From: Podarcis tiliguerta
Taxonomy: Eukaryota
Reading direction: 5' to 3' (one strand)
DNA length: 64,000 nucleotides
NCBI GenBank assembly: GCA_965153285.1
Contig: OZ229116.1
How positions within the stretch are numbered: the stretch's first letter is position 1; each line of letters begins with the position of its first letter. Made by a program: the position numbers and the translations under genes. Below are positions 1-12,184 of the stretch, piece after piece. The notes under the pieces are model-generated. The model had not been told where the DNA came from. It did no database searches and saw only the letters and a list, made by a program, of their open reading frames with translations.

Positions 1-960
1 CATTCAGCACATGGAGGGATGTGGGAGCAGCATCAGTGATGGGAGGGAGGGAGGGAACAGGGAGCTTCCCCCACTCCCTGCCCCTAATCACAGTGTTCTC
101 TCTCTGAGATTAACTTTGCTCGCTTTTTTGCAATTTCCCATATTTGAAGGCACATTGTTCAGCTTGTTCCTCCTGTGACATCAAAGTTCTTGTGCATTTT
201 CAAGAAGCTTTGAATCACAAAAGTGTGTGAGAGAGCTGGTTTTATAGCATTTAGATAATGATCAAGAGCTAGCAATTTCACCAGATAATCCTATACATGA
301 AAGAGTAATCTCATCCATTTGTGAAATTCAAATAGAGCCTACTTATTTTAATTGGGGGGGAAATATTATCCCCAAGGCAGCAGACTGTTGGCTTTGGATA
401 AGGGTTGCTATACTCATAAATACTCCATTGGGATGGTATGCACCCTTTATATTTAATAGCAGTAATAGTAGTAACAACAAAATCAACATCATCATCATCA
501 ACAATAAACAACTTATTAGTAGGTTTCTACTATCGCTGTTCCTGCCCCTTTTGTTGCAGTCTGATACCAATGAACAAATTATTTATATGCTGAAGGGCCA
601 AGTCACAGAGAGAGAAATCACATGCAAGATTTTTGCATGTCAGGCTGATGTCAGAAGCACACAAGCAGGCCTAGTTCACAACAAAAAGCTGGCAACTCTA
701 ATCATAGCTGGATAAGCTGACACAAAGCTCCAATTTAACATGAAGAATAATGGTAAATTCAAGCTGCAGTTGTATAGTCCCTGGGAGAACATCTGGAGGC
801 CATAGCATGTCAGATTTCCCTCTCCCACATTGGATGGAGAGAGCCAATGTCAGATCTCCACTCCGTCCCTCTTCCTGATGCTGAGGAAACCTCCAATATC
901 CTGGCCCAGTGGCCACTGGAGATGTGTGTTTTCAGGGTCTTCCCTATTCCTGTGACTATA

Positions 961-1186
961 CAGGGGTACTTCAGGTTACATACGCTTCAGGTTACATACT
1001 CTGCTAACCCAGAAATAGTGCTTCAGGTTAAGAACTTTGCTTCAGGATGAGAACAGAAATTGCGCTCCAGCAGCACAGCAGCAGCAGGAGGCCCCATTAA
1101 CTAAAGTGGTGCTTCAGGTTAAGAACAGTTTCAGGTTAAGTACGGACCTCCGGAACGAATTAAGTACTTAACCCGAGGTACCACTG
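961..1186. mobile_element. Tc1/mariner (Tigger/pogo-like) MITE, copy 1
   Basis: TA|CAGGGGTACTTCAGGTTA...TAACCCGAGGTACCACTG|TA; TA target duplication; related copies at 19692, 21637, 22773. Confidence 0.85.
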
Positions 1187-1694
1187 TAAACTGTTTTTAA
1201 CTGCTTTTAATACTGAATTTTAAATTGAAGTAACTTGTCCTGGGACCTGCTGGTGAAAGTCAGGTAATAAATACATTAGGTGATGTCTCTAGAGTGCAGT
1301 TCCACTTCTCTTACAGATTATTGTCTTATGATATGAATAAAATGGTGCGTTGAATTGTAGGGCCACATGTTTGCCCTCAACTACTAGTGTTACATATGGA
1401 TAACAAAGGAAGTACTACTGTCACTCCAATAGGCCTTTTCAGTATATTGTGGCTTTCCAGAATGAAACAGATTTCTTATCTGGTATCTACCCTCTGCCTC
1501 TTAGCATAAATCATATACAAGAGTGTCCATGCTTGCAACTGAACTACAGAGCTATACAGTCTCTGGATTCAATATCCTTTACTATCCAAACAGATGAGGT
1601 GCACTATCACTGATAATCTACTATGGGGCTATATGCATGTATAGTTAGATATATAGCCAATGACTGCAAAATTTTGACACAAGTATGCAAGATT

Positions 1695-1961
1695 AACAAC
1701 AACAACAACAACAACAATTTATTTATACCCTGCCCATCTGGCTGGGTTTCCCCCAGCCAATCTGGGCAACTCCCAAAAGAATATTAAAAATAGAATCAAA
1801 CATTAAAAACTTCTCTAAACAGGGCTGCCTTCAGATGTCTTCTAAAAGTCAGATCGTTGTTTATTTCCTTGACATCTGATGGGAGGGCATTCCACAGGGC
1901 TGGCGCTGCTACCGAGAAGGCCCTCTCCCTGTAACCTCACTTCTCGCAGTGAGGGAACTGC
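1695..1961 (-). mobile_element. L2-clade LINE 3' end (family A) with microsatellite tail
   Basis: Minus strand reads AVPSLREVRLQG and continues into the same ORF2 C-terminus and 3' hairpin as the copies at 38845, 41525 and 55890; (AAC)n at 1695-1717. Confidence 0.85.
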
Positions 1962-2555
1962 AGTAAATTGTCCACCTTTGAATTCTCTCCACAACACGGC
2001 AGTGCCATGTGACCATTTGCTTCTCAGTTCCTTAAATTTATCAGAAGGACTAGAGGCAAGCAGTTCTAGGAATCTTGAAGTTTGAAATTCTACCACCACC
2101 TCCCCCCAGAATCTGCCTTTAAAACATTCACCATGTTCATTAATCTTTTAATAAAGCTCTGATTTCATTTTAGAACTAGCATTTTTACAACTGATTGGGT
2201 GTAATGCACTAGCAGAGACGTACCGTAATTCCCTTTCAATCTAAAAATTAATGTAATCAGTGCATATTCACTCCTTTGCTCAGGTTCCATTGCTTATACA
2301 TTACATGAATTATATGCATATTACATAATCCAAACACAGCATGAATATACACTGATTACATCCACTTGGGGAATTAATATAAATTGAGGCTAAAACTGAC
2401 TCGTAATTTCATGTTATTAATTATCACAGATTTACTGGTCCATCTACACTGGTAATTTTGTTAGACCTATTCAAATAATGTACCTTTCAGCACTACTGTG
2501 CCCTCATAGATATTGCTCACATGCTTTGAATATGCTATTCAAAAACTCCCATGAT

Positions 2556-2645
2556 CATAGCTGTCAACTTTCCCCTTTTTTTGCAAGGAATCCTATTCAG
2601 AATAAGGGAATTTCCCTTAAAAAATGGGAAACGTTGACAGCTATG
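2556..2645. mobile_element. 90-bp hAT-type MITE
   Basis: Perfect 13-bp TIR CATAGCTGTCAAC/GTTGACAGCTATG; perfect 8-bp TSD CCCATGAT at 2548-2555 and 2646-2653. Confidence 0.9.
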
Positions 2646-5600
2646 CCCATGATACAGAATGTAAAAAAGAACACAGTTCTCAAAGTCAGGCATCCTAACT
2701 TCCTAAAAGAGCAACTGATTACCCAAAATCTTTACCTCTGTCATATATCCTTGGCTTGCTTTGAGTCCCTTCAACAGACCCCATGATGTGTGAATCACAT
2801 CAAAAGGTCATCATGCATAAAAGAGAGCTGTTGGACCCCCCTGGACCCCCTCCATGAGGTCACCTGCCTCCTTGATCCAATCCTTAAGTCCTGGGTGTCT
2901 GCAGGGGAAAGCCGATGCTAGCCTGATCTAAGCAGGTCGGATCCATGCTGAGCTGTTACCCAGCTTCTTTCACTTAAAGTGGAGAATGCACAAGATAACA
3001 TCATCACAGATTATGCCCAATAGAAGCATATGCTTAAAATCTCACCCTGTGTGTGTCTGTTTGTTTGGACTTTATTTTGATATCATGGGGAATTCAAGAT
3101 AGGAGTTTAATGCCACAATCCTAAATAGGCTTGTAAAGCATGAGTAAAAGAATGCTCAGGACAAAAATAAAAATAAAATAAAAATAATTGAATGAACGGA
3201 GGCAGGTTGTACAATATTACAATATATAACAAAGGAACTTGGAATAGCTGTGAGTAGAGCAGATTATTTGTTAATGTTATAATGTAATATAATGTGAAAA
3301 AAATATTTTTAGAAGACTATGAAATGCAAAGTATTTAATATTTGTTGTTTGTTATTTAAATACATCCTGTTTGCGATATTTGTACTGTACAAGAACTATT
3401 TTTAATTCTTAGACTATATAAAGAAGGCATTGATTGCATGAAATCATATGATGTTGCATATAAAGAAACTATTTATTGGTTAACAAAACTAACAGATAAT
3501 ATTTTCTTGCTTTATTGAGCTAGGAGTTTTCTGAGGTGCTTTTTACAGGTTTCAAGTCATTCTCAAATCAGCATAGTGTGTCCATTATTCCAGAGGCTGA
3601 CAAAAATCTTAAGGTTCCTTCTAAGTGAAATTCATTTATTGGCCACTTGGTGACATAACTTGATCTCTTTTTCTCCGGACAAATGTTCTTTAGAGAACAA
3701 CAAAGGTTGTGGTTGCAGAGTATGGATATGTCCAGTAGGTGTCTCTTCCTAACCATATAATAATCCCTGAAATGCCTATTTCACTCAGTAGGGCAGAAAA
3801 ATAGCCTTTTCAACATTTTTGCTGTCTTCCTGAACAACTGCTTACATAAGAAGCTTAGGAAAAGACAATATGATGCTTAGAATACAATCTAACCAGCTCA
3901 TTGCTCCACAGTACATTTTCTTGTCATTTCTTAAGCCCACATGTCTGGAAGAGCCTAGCAGAATTTAACTGTGTTGTTTTATAATTCTCTAGTCCAGATG
4001 TTACTAGACTACAAGACCCCACCATCCCTGACCATTGACCAAAGGTTCCGACTCTGAGCCTGGGCAGTTCCCAAAATCATAGTATAACTTGCATTTGTCT
4101 CTCAAGGGATGCTCAGGGTGGTTCATAAAGGGCAATGCTGATGAAAAAATAACAATATCCAATAAAAGTGCATAAAAGGATCAGCATCCGATTGCCTGAT
4201 GGCTCCACAGAGCAATAGGCTGCCTTGGGAAAACCACAGTGGACTCATGGTAAAGGCTGGACTTCTAGAGCCTTTCATAGGACAGGAGGATGCATAGCTG
4301 GTGCACACATTCACTGATAACACATCTATGTTGACACCTTAAGCATCTGTGAAGTAAAGGGGGGAAACTGCACCTGTAATGTTCAGTTTGCATACCCATG
4401 ATGCAAATTACTTTGCTCCAGCCTCACTGGTTGGTGAATGTGCTGGAAATGTTTCTGCAAATGACTTTCTTGGACAGTTTCATTTTTAGAGGCAGGCCTA
4501 TTCCTACAGTCACACAAAGGTGGGGTAGTCCTCCCATCCCAGGGCTCTTGTTTATTTCTAGCACTTGCTGCTTCCACAGAGCTGTTTCCACAGACACAGA
4601 ATGATGATATAATGGAACTTGATTATTTATTATAGAACTGGATAGATGCTTTACAGCTTAATTAGCTATCAATTAGCTAGCTAGTGTTGCTGTGTTTTTC
4701 AGATTAAATTTTAAGAACGTTTAGATTTGGAAGGAAAAATTAAAATATCTGAGTTCAAACAGGTAGGAGGAAATTTATCAGTGTGTTATAATTAATTCTA
4801 CACACTGCTGGGATCATGACCTAGTCCTTTTTCTTGCTTTCTTTGTCTATGGTACTGAATTTCTTGCTTTAACCATTGACCACGTAATCCTATCTACTGG
4901 ATCCTATCTACTGAGTGCTGACACAACAAAAACCTGTGACTCCCTCCAGAAACATTTGTGCTTAAGTTGCATTGAAATCAATAGGAAAAACTAGTTGTAG
5001 CCATGTTAAGTCCCATCATTTCAGTTTCCCCTGGACTAGGGTAAGCGGATGGATACAAAGCACCAATCCCTGTTCTCTAGTCAGATGTCAGTAGTGGCCA
5101 CTTAATAGTTTCATGTTATTGTTAATTATGGTTTTCAAGTACATAATGACCAAGTACATGATGCTGCTAACTGATTGAATAGAGGATAAGCTATCTCTCT
5201 AGAATTGCAGCTGTGGTGTGTGTGCTTCCCTATATTCACTTTCTCTGATTTCTGTCACTGGCCCCATTCCAGAATTTAACCGTCAGAAACTGTGCGGCTT
5301 CTAAAAGGGGGGAAAAGATACGTAAATTACCTAATTACTCAAGATGTAACATGTTAAATGTTACTTCACCCTTATATGAACAATAGACAATTGCCCTTTA
5401 CAACCAAAGTTTCATCTACCTGTTCAATATGATTTCCTGTAATTTGATAGTAAAATAAATGCGTGACATTAACCAACCTTCAGGCTTGAATGCAATACGT
5501 CATTTCCTGGAAGTAAGCCTCACTGAACACAATAGGATATAGTAATGAGTGGCCAAACAGAGGACTGTGTTTCATGAGCCAACTAGTAGTTTGTGATTTT

Positions 5601-7759
5601 TAACATTCATTTTTTTTCCGCCTGACTCTTTTTGTCTGGAATGCAAAAACATACACATGCATTGAAAATAAAATAAAATAATACTGTCAGTCACTGGTAT
5701 GTCAAAATGTTTCTCCCCTGCCCCTCCCATAACTCCATCTTGTATAATGAGGGCAACTGTATCAAATCCTTCTATATTGATGTCTGCCTGGTAACATCTT
5801 TTGACATCCAAATGTGTGAGAATAGATTCTCGGCTTTGACACTGAGGGTCATTAATAACTGCGTGTCAAAGAGAGATTGAACAGATATAGCTTTCCACAT
5901 AAATGTTAAGTTCTGATGGGAGAAGCTGTAAACTATACAAATTCTCCCTGCTGTTAAAGGCATAAGCATGAAGTTGAGACAGGACTGGGTGCTTTTGTTG
6001 ATTTAGGTAAGATCTCAGATCCTGCTGCACCAAGCATAGAGTTACCCTTTATGCTCAACTTGGGGCTGCCTCAAAAAACAGTTTACCTGTGTTACTTTCT
6101 CCTGACATCACCCTTGTCCTGACAACATCGTGCTGTGCCTTTCTCTGTCCTAGCTCTACAGTACGTACAATGTGATCATTTTACAATGAGAGAAAAGTGA
6201 CCCTACACATCATGGAAGAAGAACCCATTTTCAGTGGCATTCTCATATTAACCATAGCATATAACTCTGCACAATACTCTACAAAGATCCCTTCATTTCC
6301 TGAGATGCTCAGTTTTTTGGCTACTCTGACAATGCATTATGATGTTTGGCATGCCTATCCATTTGCTCGTTGCAAACAAATCTGTCATAATTAGCCAGCC
6401 TGGGTTAAAAGAGGAAGCTATGTCCCTTTACCCATAAATATGGAGCAACCTGTTCTCTGCATTCAACTTAAGTTGAAGTATAGTTCACGATAGCCAACCC
6501 TCCCGCCTTCCAAGATAATCTAGCCAATGTGAGTTTCTAGATGATGCAGCAGGTGAAGAATGGGAAGAGGGTTCTTTCTGCCTGCACAGGAAGGACTGTA
6601 TTTGCAGTTTCCTCTTTCCACACCAATCCAACTGGAAACTAAGCATAGACCCTGAGATCCCGGCTCCAAATCTTCCTTTTTGCTTCATCACTGGTGAAGA
6701 ACAGTAGATCAAGAACAGCCATTGGCAATCGCTTCTGCTAAGGTGAAGTCTATCAATTGCTCAGCTGGCTGGATTTAAAGGTTGAGAAATGTACACTGTC
6801 CCTAACAAAGCACTGGCTGCTGTTGTCCAAGCTCAATCCATTGATAACACGATGGGTGGTTTGATCTCAGATTTTCAGGAAGCTGATGCAATGCTTCAGA
6901 ATTAAAAGAGCAGCCTGAGGGTCCATGAAAACGTTTCCTTCTCCAGCTTTCCGAATGAAAAGAGAGATCTGCTTTTCCCTCTGATTTCCTTTCAACTGTG
7001 ATCTTTTTCCTTCACCCTACTTCACCTTTCTGGCACTATGGTATCTCTGGCCATCTTCATACAAACTCACTGGGTTGTTTAAAGAAAAAGAAAAAAGAAA
7101 AACAGAAAACCCCGCTCAGGCAACAAGAGTCATGCTAATACCATTTCAAAACCATGTAATGACATGCCTTGCACCCAGTGCCCGGTGCTATTCGTTTTAG
7201 CCTAGCCACTTGGCTGACATGTCAAAACATTATGATTTATACAGAAGTCTGAACAGGGGAGCCCAAGGGCCTAATTCACCAAGGCATTACTACACTGCTG
7301 TACTGGCGCAACTGCATTTGGCACGAGGCAATGGAAAATGAGAGCATTTATGCCTTTTGTGTGGCATGTACAAGCCTATCTCAGTGTTAGCTGGCATAAC
7401 TGAACAGACTGGCACTTCTCTGGAATCGTACCCACAATGTAAAGTGGCTTGATCCCAGAGGTATTTTCTGCAGAAGTTACTGCACTTTCCAGAATTAAAG
7501 GGCAAGCTTTTAAAGTACCCCACACAGCAGATATATTTTCTGAATGTATCTTTCTGTTATTGGTAGTCTGCTGAGGACTTTCACACATTCCATTAAGGAA
7601 GGAGTAAGTGGCTGTTTCGGGGGGGGGGGCATCAACTAATCCTGCTACTTAATGTGTATTTAGCACCAGCCACATGGCAAGACCTGTGCCAAAGACAGAG
7701 GAGACACTATTCTGCCCAGTAATCTAACAATGATATTCAGAAGCTGCTTACTTTTGAAA

Positions 7760-7930
7760 GGGCTATAGCTCAGTGGGAGAACATCTGCTTTGCATGCAGA
7801 AGGTCCCAGGTTCCATCCCAAGCATCTCCAGGTAGAGCTGGTAATGCCCTCTGTCTGAAGCCACTGTCAGTCACTGCAGACAACAGTGAGCAAGATAGAC
7901 CAGTGGCCTGACTTAATGTAAGGCCGCACC
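7760..7930 (+). mobile_element. tRNA(Ala)-like-derived SINE
   Basis: Head GGGCTATAGCTCAGTGGGAGAACATCTGCTTTGCATGCAGAAGGTCCCAGGTTCCATCCC has A and B boxes and a TGC anticodon-like loop, followed by a SINE body. Related copy at about 50185-50305 (-). Confidence 0.75.
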
Positions 7931-8004
7931 TGTTTCATTTTGAAGGGATTTACCAAGAGAAATGTGGTTTAAATGGCAGAACTGGGAAACCTGTGGTGAT
8001 CCAG

Positions 8005-8480
8005 AGGGATAGTGTTCAGATCAATGGGAGGAATAGTACCACTCTATTCTGTCTTGGTCAGAACCCACCTGGAATACGTGTCCACTTTTGGGCATCACAG
8101 TTTAAGAAGGATATTGACAAGCTGGAATGTGTACAGAGGAAGGCACCCAAGATGACCAAGGGTCTGGAAACCAAGCCTTATGAGGAACAGTTGAAGGAGT
8201 TGGGTATGTTTGGCCTGAATAAGAGGAGACGGAAAGGAGATATGATAGCCATCTTCAAGGGTTGTTACATGGAAGATGGAGCATGCTTGTTTTGTCCTGC
8301 TCCAGAGGCTAGGACCCAAACCAATAGAGTCATTGTTACAAGAAAGGAGATTCCAACTAAATATCAGGAAGAACTTTCTGACAGTCAGAGCTGTTCAACA
8401 GTGGACTGTCATGGAAAGTTGTGATCTCTCCTTCATTGAAGGTCTTTAAACAGAAGTTGGATGGCCATATGTCAGGGATT
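8005..8480 (+). mobile_element. CR1 LINE ORF2 3' fragment (decayed)
   Basis: Translation VHFWASQFKKDIDKLECVQRKAPKMTKGLETKPYEEQLKELGMFGLNKRRRKGDMIAIFK is typical CR1 ORF2 C-terminus; frameshifts present. Confidence 0.9.
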
Positions 8481-8524
8481 CACCTATGTTTCATTTACAT
8501 CTTGTCATCCTCCTGAAGTTATAT

Positions 8525-8645
8525 GGTTCTATAATTCTGATGTTGTTGGACTCCAGCTACCATCAACTTCTGCCAGCATGACTGGAGGTCATGGATGATG
8601 GGAATTGTTGCCTAACATCTGGAGGGCCATACGTTTCCTAGCCCT
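8525..8645. mobile_element. Short hAT-like MITE of the 'gatgttgttggactacaactcccatca' family (decayed)
   Basis: Same core as 26943-27080. Other decayed copies near 3985, 32095, 36255, 55505, 55717, 61545 and 62633. Confidence 0.6.
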
Positions 8646-9506
8646 AGTGTAAAACAAGAGAGAAAATGGCAAAGAACGTGAACCTAGCTTGAGCATGAAA
8701 TTCTAAGTTTGGAGCAGAACACACACAAGGATGAAGCAATGAAAAAGCAGGGAAGCTGCTGCCAAAGAAGCAGATTTCAAACTGAGATTTCAGGGGTGAG
8801 AGAGGCGATCCAACACCCCAAAGCAATGTTGGGCTGTATGTGTGTGCATATTTACTTGGGAGTAAAAATGCTTAGAACTGGGCTTTATACTTGCACCCCG
8901 TCTCGATCCTGCCAATTGAACTGACTAGACCATAGCTTCTGTGTGTTTTTAAAGTAATTTTTTTAAAAAAACAAAAAAAAACCTATGCACTTTGCTATAA
9001 AGAAAACACACTGACGATTTTTCAGCATAGGTGTTCTTAAAGAAAAAAAAATCAATGTAAACCACTCATGGATAAACACCAGCCTTGGAGCCTGTTAACA
9101 GTTGAATTGCTACATGAAAGCAGATAACTTTACTTCTGCACTTGTTTTGGCATTTCCCAGATAAAGAAGTTATGCAGCTTGACAAAGCACTTTGCTCTTA
9201 CAAGTCTTAACAGAACCACAGAGATTTTCCCCCCCATGTCTTCATTCCAACACCTGTTGCAGAGAAGGCTGGGGTGGTCTCAATGCAACTTTCCTCCACA
9301 CTTCCTTCATTCTATATATACACCCGTTTTATAGCCCTCAGTCTACTGGTACATTTTGTAGTACAGCTGAGTAGGAAAATATAGGTTTCAAGTGCACTCA
9401 GAAGTGCAAATATTCCCTGCTCCCGAATGAATTTTAAATGTTTAAACAGGATGAATCTGTGCTTGTGTTGCTCAAATCCTTTCCATGCCTATAGGTTTGT
9501 TGGTTC

Positions 9507-9563
9507 ACAGAATCATTGAATTGGGAGGGACCCGGAAGGGTCATCTAGTCCAACTCCCTGCAA
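9507..9563 (-). mobile_element. CR1-type 3' tail fragment
   Basis: acagaatcattgaattgggagggacccggaagggtcatctagtccaac is the reverse complement of the CR1 3' end. Confidence 0.65.
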
Positions 9564-10799
9564 TAGTTGAAGCTGTTGACCCAAAAAAGCAGCAGCAAAT
9601 GAGACTGGTACTGTGTATGACCACAGCAAATAAGTTTACTGGACAAGCAAGAAGATACCACATGGTACATCAAGCTACTCCAAACTAAAGCACGAACCTT
9701 TGAATATTCTATGCTGGCTAAGATGAAACAGGACTGAAGCTGAAGAAAGTGGCTGTCTTAGCCATTCCTTTAGGAAAGGGGAGCTTGAATGTGCTGGGAT
9801 CATATTCTTGCCTGTCCTTTGTGCATTCCTCAGTCACTGTCAGCTAATCGAAAATGAGCACAGAATTAAATATGTGCAGCCAAATAATTTCCATTTACGG
9901 GAGTGGCTCAATTTCCTCTAGAAGGGAAATGTGCAACATTGCACTGAGAAATTGGAAAAAGTCCCATGCAGCTTCATCCATTGCATATTTACTCAGACGT
10001 AAGTCCAGCTGAGGTCAACACAACTTATTTCTGAGTAATCAGCGTGCAAATGGTTGCAGCCCTTTTGTGAATTCTGCATATCTCAATTACTGTCTTCCTG
10101 TTTTGCGTCTGAGTTGTGTATATGTTTTGTCTTACAAAATGTCCCTGATCCAACTAAAAATCAGTGCACAATTACAGCAATGGGTCTTAAACAGAACTAA
10201 CTTTAGTTGGATCGGGGCCACAGCACCTCATTGCCAGTTCTTCAACAGCAAACACAAAACATTTCCTTAATCTATTAAGCATCTCGGCTCAACTCCTCTT
10301 CACTTCCAAAAATAGCAAGCCCCACATGACAAGCCAAAGACTCTCTCGTTAGTGTCTAAAAAAACTGGACTGTTTATCTTGGAATAACTTCCCCTCTACC
10401 CTCTGCCCTTTGCCCCTCATAATGAACAGTTTGTCCTTAGCATTTTCATTATCCCACATCTGGGAAGCAGCCTCGTTTTTTGAAAGAATTAATTTTCCCT
10501 TTGTTGGGATGCAAGGCACTCCAGAGAAAGGTGAGGAAGTACAGTGAAATCTAAACTTATCCCTTACTGAACCTACTTAAATTAGCCCCACTAGTAGGCA
10601 GGAATTCTAAGACATTTTCTAGGCTCCCTCTGACAAGAGATTCTTCTTCCTCTGTTCTTCACAGCTATCCCAGTGGGAGGAGTTGAAACCTGACCCAAGT
10701 CCTCCGCTCCTAGAAGGGATTGGATCCTCCTTGCGAAGAGCAAGGAATAAGTCTCTTGGCCAAACAGGCAGAGTTTGTAAAAGAACTTCAGCAAATCAG

Positions 10800-10865
10800 G
10801 AGTGATTGGATGAAAAGGAAACCCCTGACCCTCCCCTCCTGCACCTGACGAGTGGGTATTTACAG
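10800..10865 (+). promoter_or_regulatory. SNAI2: Putative SNAI2 core/proximal promoter
   Basis: Inverted CCAAT (ATTGG 10805-10809), C-rich box (10830-10840), E-box CACCTG (10842-10847) overlapping half-CRE TGACG (10846-10850), TATA-like TATTTA (10857-10862), about 185 nt before the ATG. Confidence 0.6.
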
Positions 10866-11044
10866 CACTTTGCAAAGAGCCCTGCACTACACAATTTTAC
10901 TGCATGGGGTGAGCAGAGAGGACAATGCTGTAGAGGACAAATGTGCAAGCAGTGATTCTGTCTGCTGCTGCTGCCCAAAAGCTGGGGACCGTTATTCTGA
11001 AGCTGAAAGGAGGTTTCAGGAAGAAGGCAGCCCTGCATTTCAAG

Positions 11045-11123
11045 ATGCCACGATCCTTCTTGGTCAAGAAACATTTCAACTCTTCCAAAAAGCCAAACTA
11101 TGGTGAACTGGATACTCACACAG
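11045..11123 (+). CDS. SNAI2: SNAI2 (Slug) coding exon 1, SNAG repression domain
   Basis: ATG at 11045 (aagATG) encodes MPRSFLVKKHFNSSKKPNYGELDTHT, the Snail-family SNAG N-terminus. 79 nt, ending at donor CAG|gtaatc (phase 1). Confidence 0.98.
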
Positions 11124-11638
11124 GTAATCCAAGGCTGAAAGCTGTATTCTAACTGCTCTGATTGTTGCTGCTGAAGTGAGACTTTTCATAGCCTGGTGCC
11201 AACTTTTAACAAACTTTTTTTACAGACCTCTCTCTCCCCCCCCCCTTCTTCCCCCTTAAAAAATGTCAGTGCCAACAGAATTAAAACTTCAACTTAGGAG
11301 TTTGCTTCATTGCTGAAAAAAATTTTCTCTCTCTGTTGCAAAACGAGTGACTTGGAAATGTAAGAGAATAGTGTGGATTTTACTGCTGGATTTCCTCTGG
11401 CTGCAGCAGAGGCTTGGGGAGGAAAGCTGTTACTTTGAGCAGACCTCCCAACTTATGTAAAGTTTTATCTAAAGTTACAGAACGTTACATTCATTCTGTG
11501 TGTTTCATTGGAGTAGACTAATGTCAGTAGGATTTCATCACTTCCAATCTCCATGAGTATTGGATATATTGTACTGCTATTATAAAGAGAAAAATCTCTG
11601 TTGTCTTAAAACGATTCTCTTTTCTTCTTTTCTTCCAG
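11124..11638 (+). other. SNAI2: SNAI2 intron 1 (515 nt, GT-AG)
   Basis: gtaatc...ttccag; joining restores the frame (T-V-I). Confidence 0.95.
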
Positions 11639-12184
11639 TGATCATTTCCCCATACCTTTATGAGAGCTACCCCATGCCTATCATTCCACAGCCTGAGATC
11701 CTGAGCTCAGTTGCTTACAACCCCATCACAGTGTGGACTACAACTGGGCTGCTGCCTTCCCCTTTACCCAGTGACCTCTCACCTCTCTCCGGATACCCTT
11801 CGTCTTTGGGAAGAGTCAGCCCACCTCCACATTCTGACACTTCATCCAAGGATCACAGTGGCTCGGAGAGTCCCATTAGTGATGAAGAAGAGAGGATCCA
11901 GTCCAAACTTTCCGACCCTCATGCAACTGAAGCAGAGAAATTTCAATGCAGCTTATGCAATAAGACCTATTCAACTTTCTCTGGACTGGCGAAGCATAAG
12001 CAGTTGCACTGTGATGCCCAGTCTAGGAAATCTTTCAGCTGTAAATACTGTGACAAGGAATACGTGAGCCTAGGAGCTCTTAAGATGCACATCAGGACCC
12101 ACACACTACCTTGTGTCTGCAAGATCTGTGGCAAGGCTTTCTCTAGACCATGGTTACTTCAAGGACACATCAGAACACATACCG
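11639..12184 (+). CDS. SNAI2: SNAI2 coding exon 2: Ser/Pro-rich region, SLUG domain, zinc fingers 1-3
   Basis: Polypyrimidine tract and ttccag| acceptor. 546 nt encoding (V)IISPYLYES...[21 protein letters not shown]...FQCSLC...FSCKYC...CVCKIC...HIRTHT. Donor G|gtaaga. The SLUG domain distinguishes it from SNAI1/SNAI3. Confidence 0.98.
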
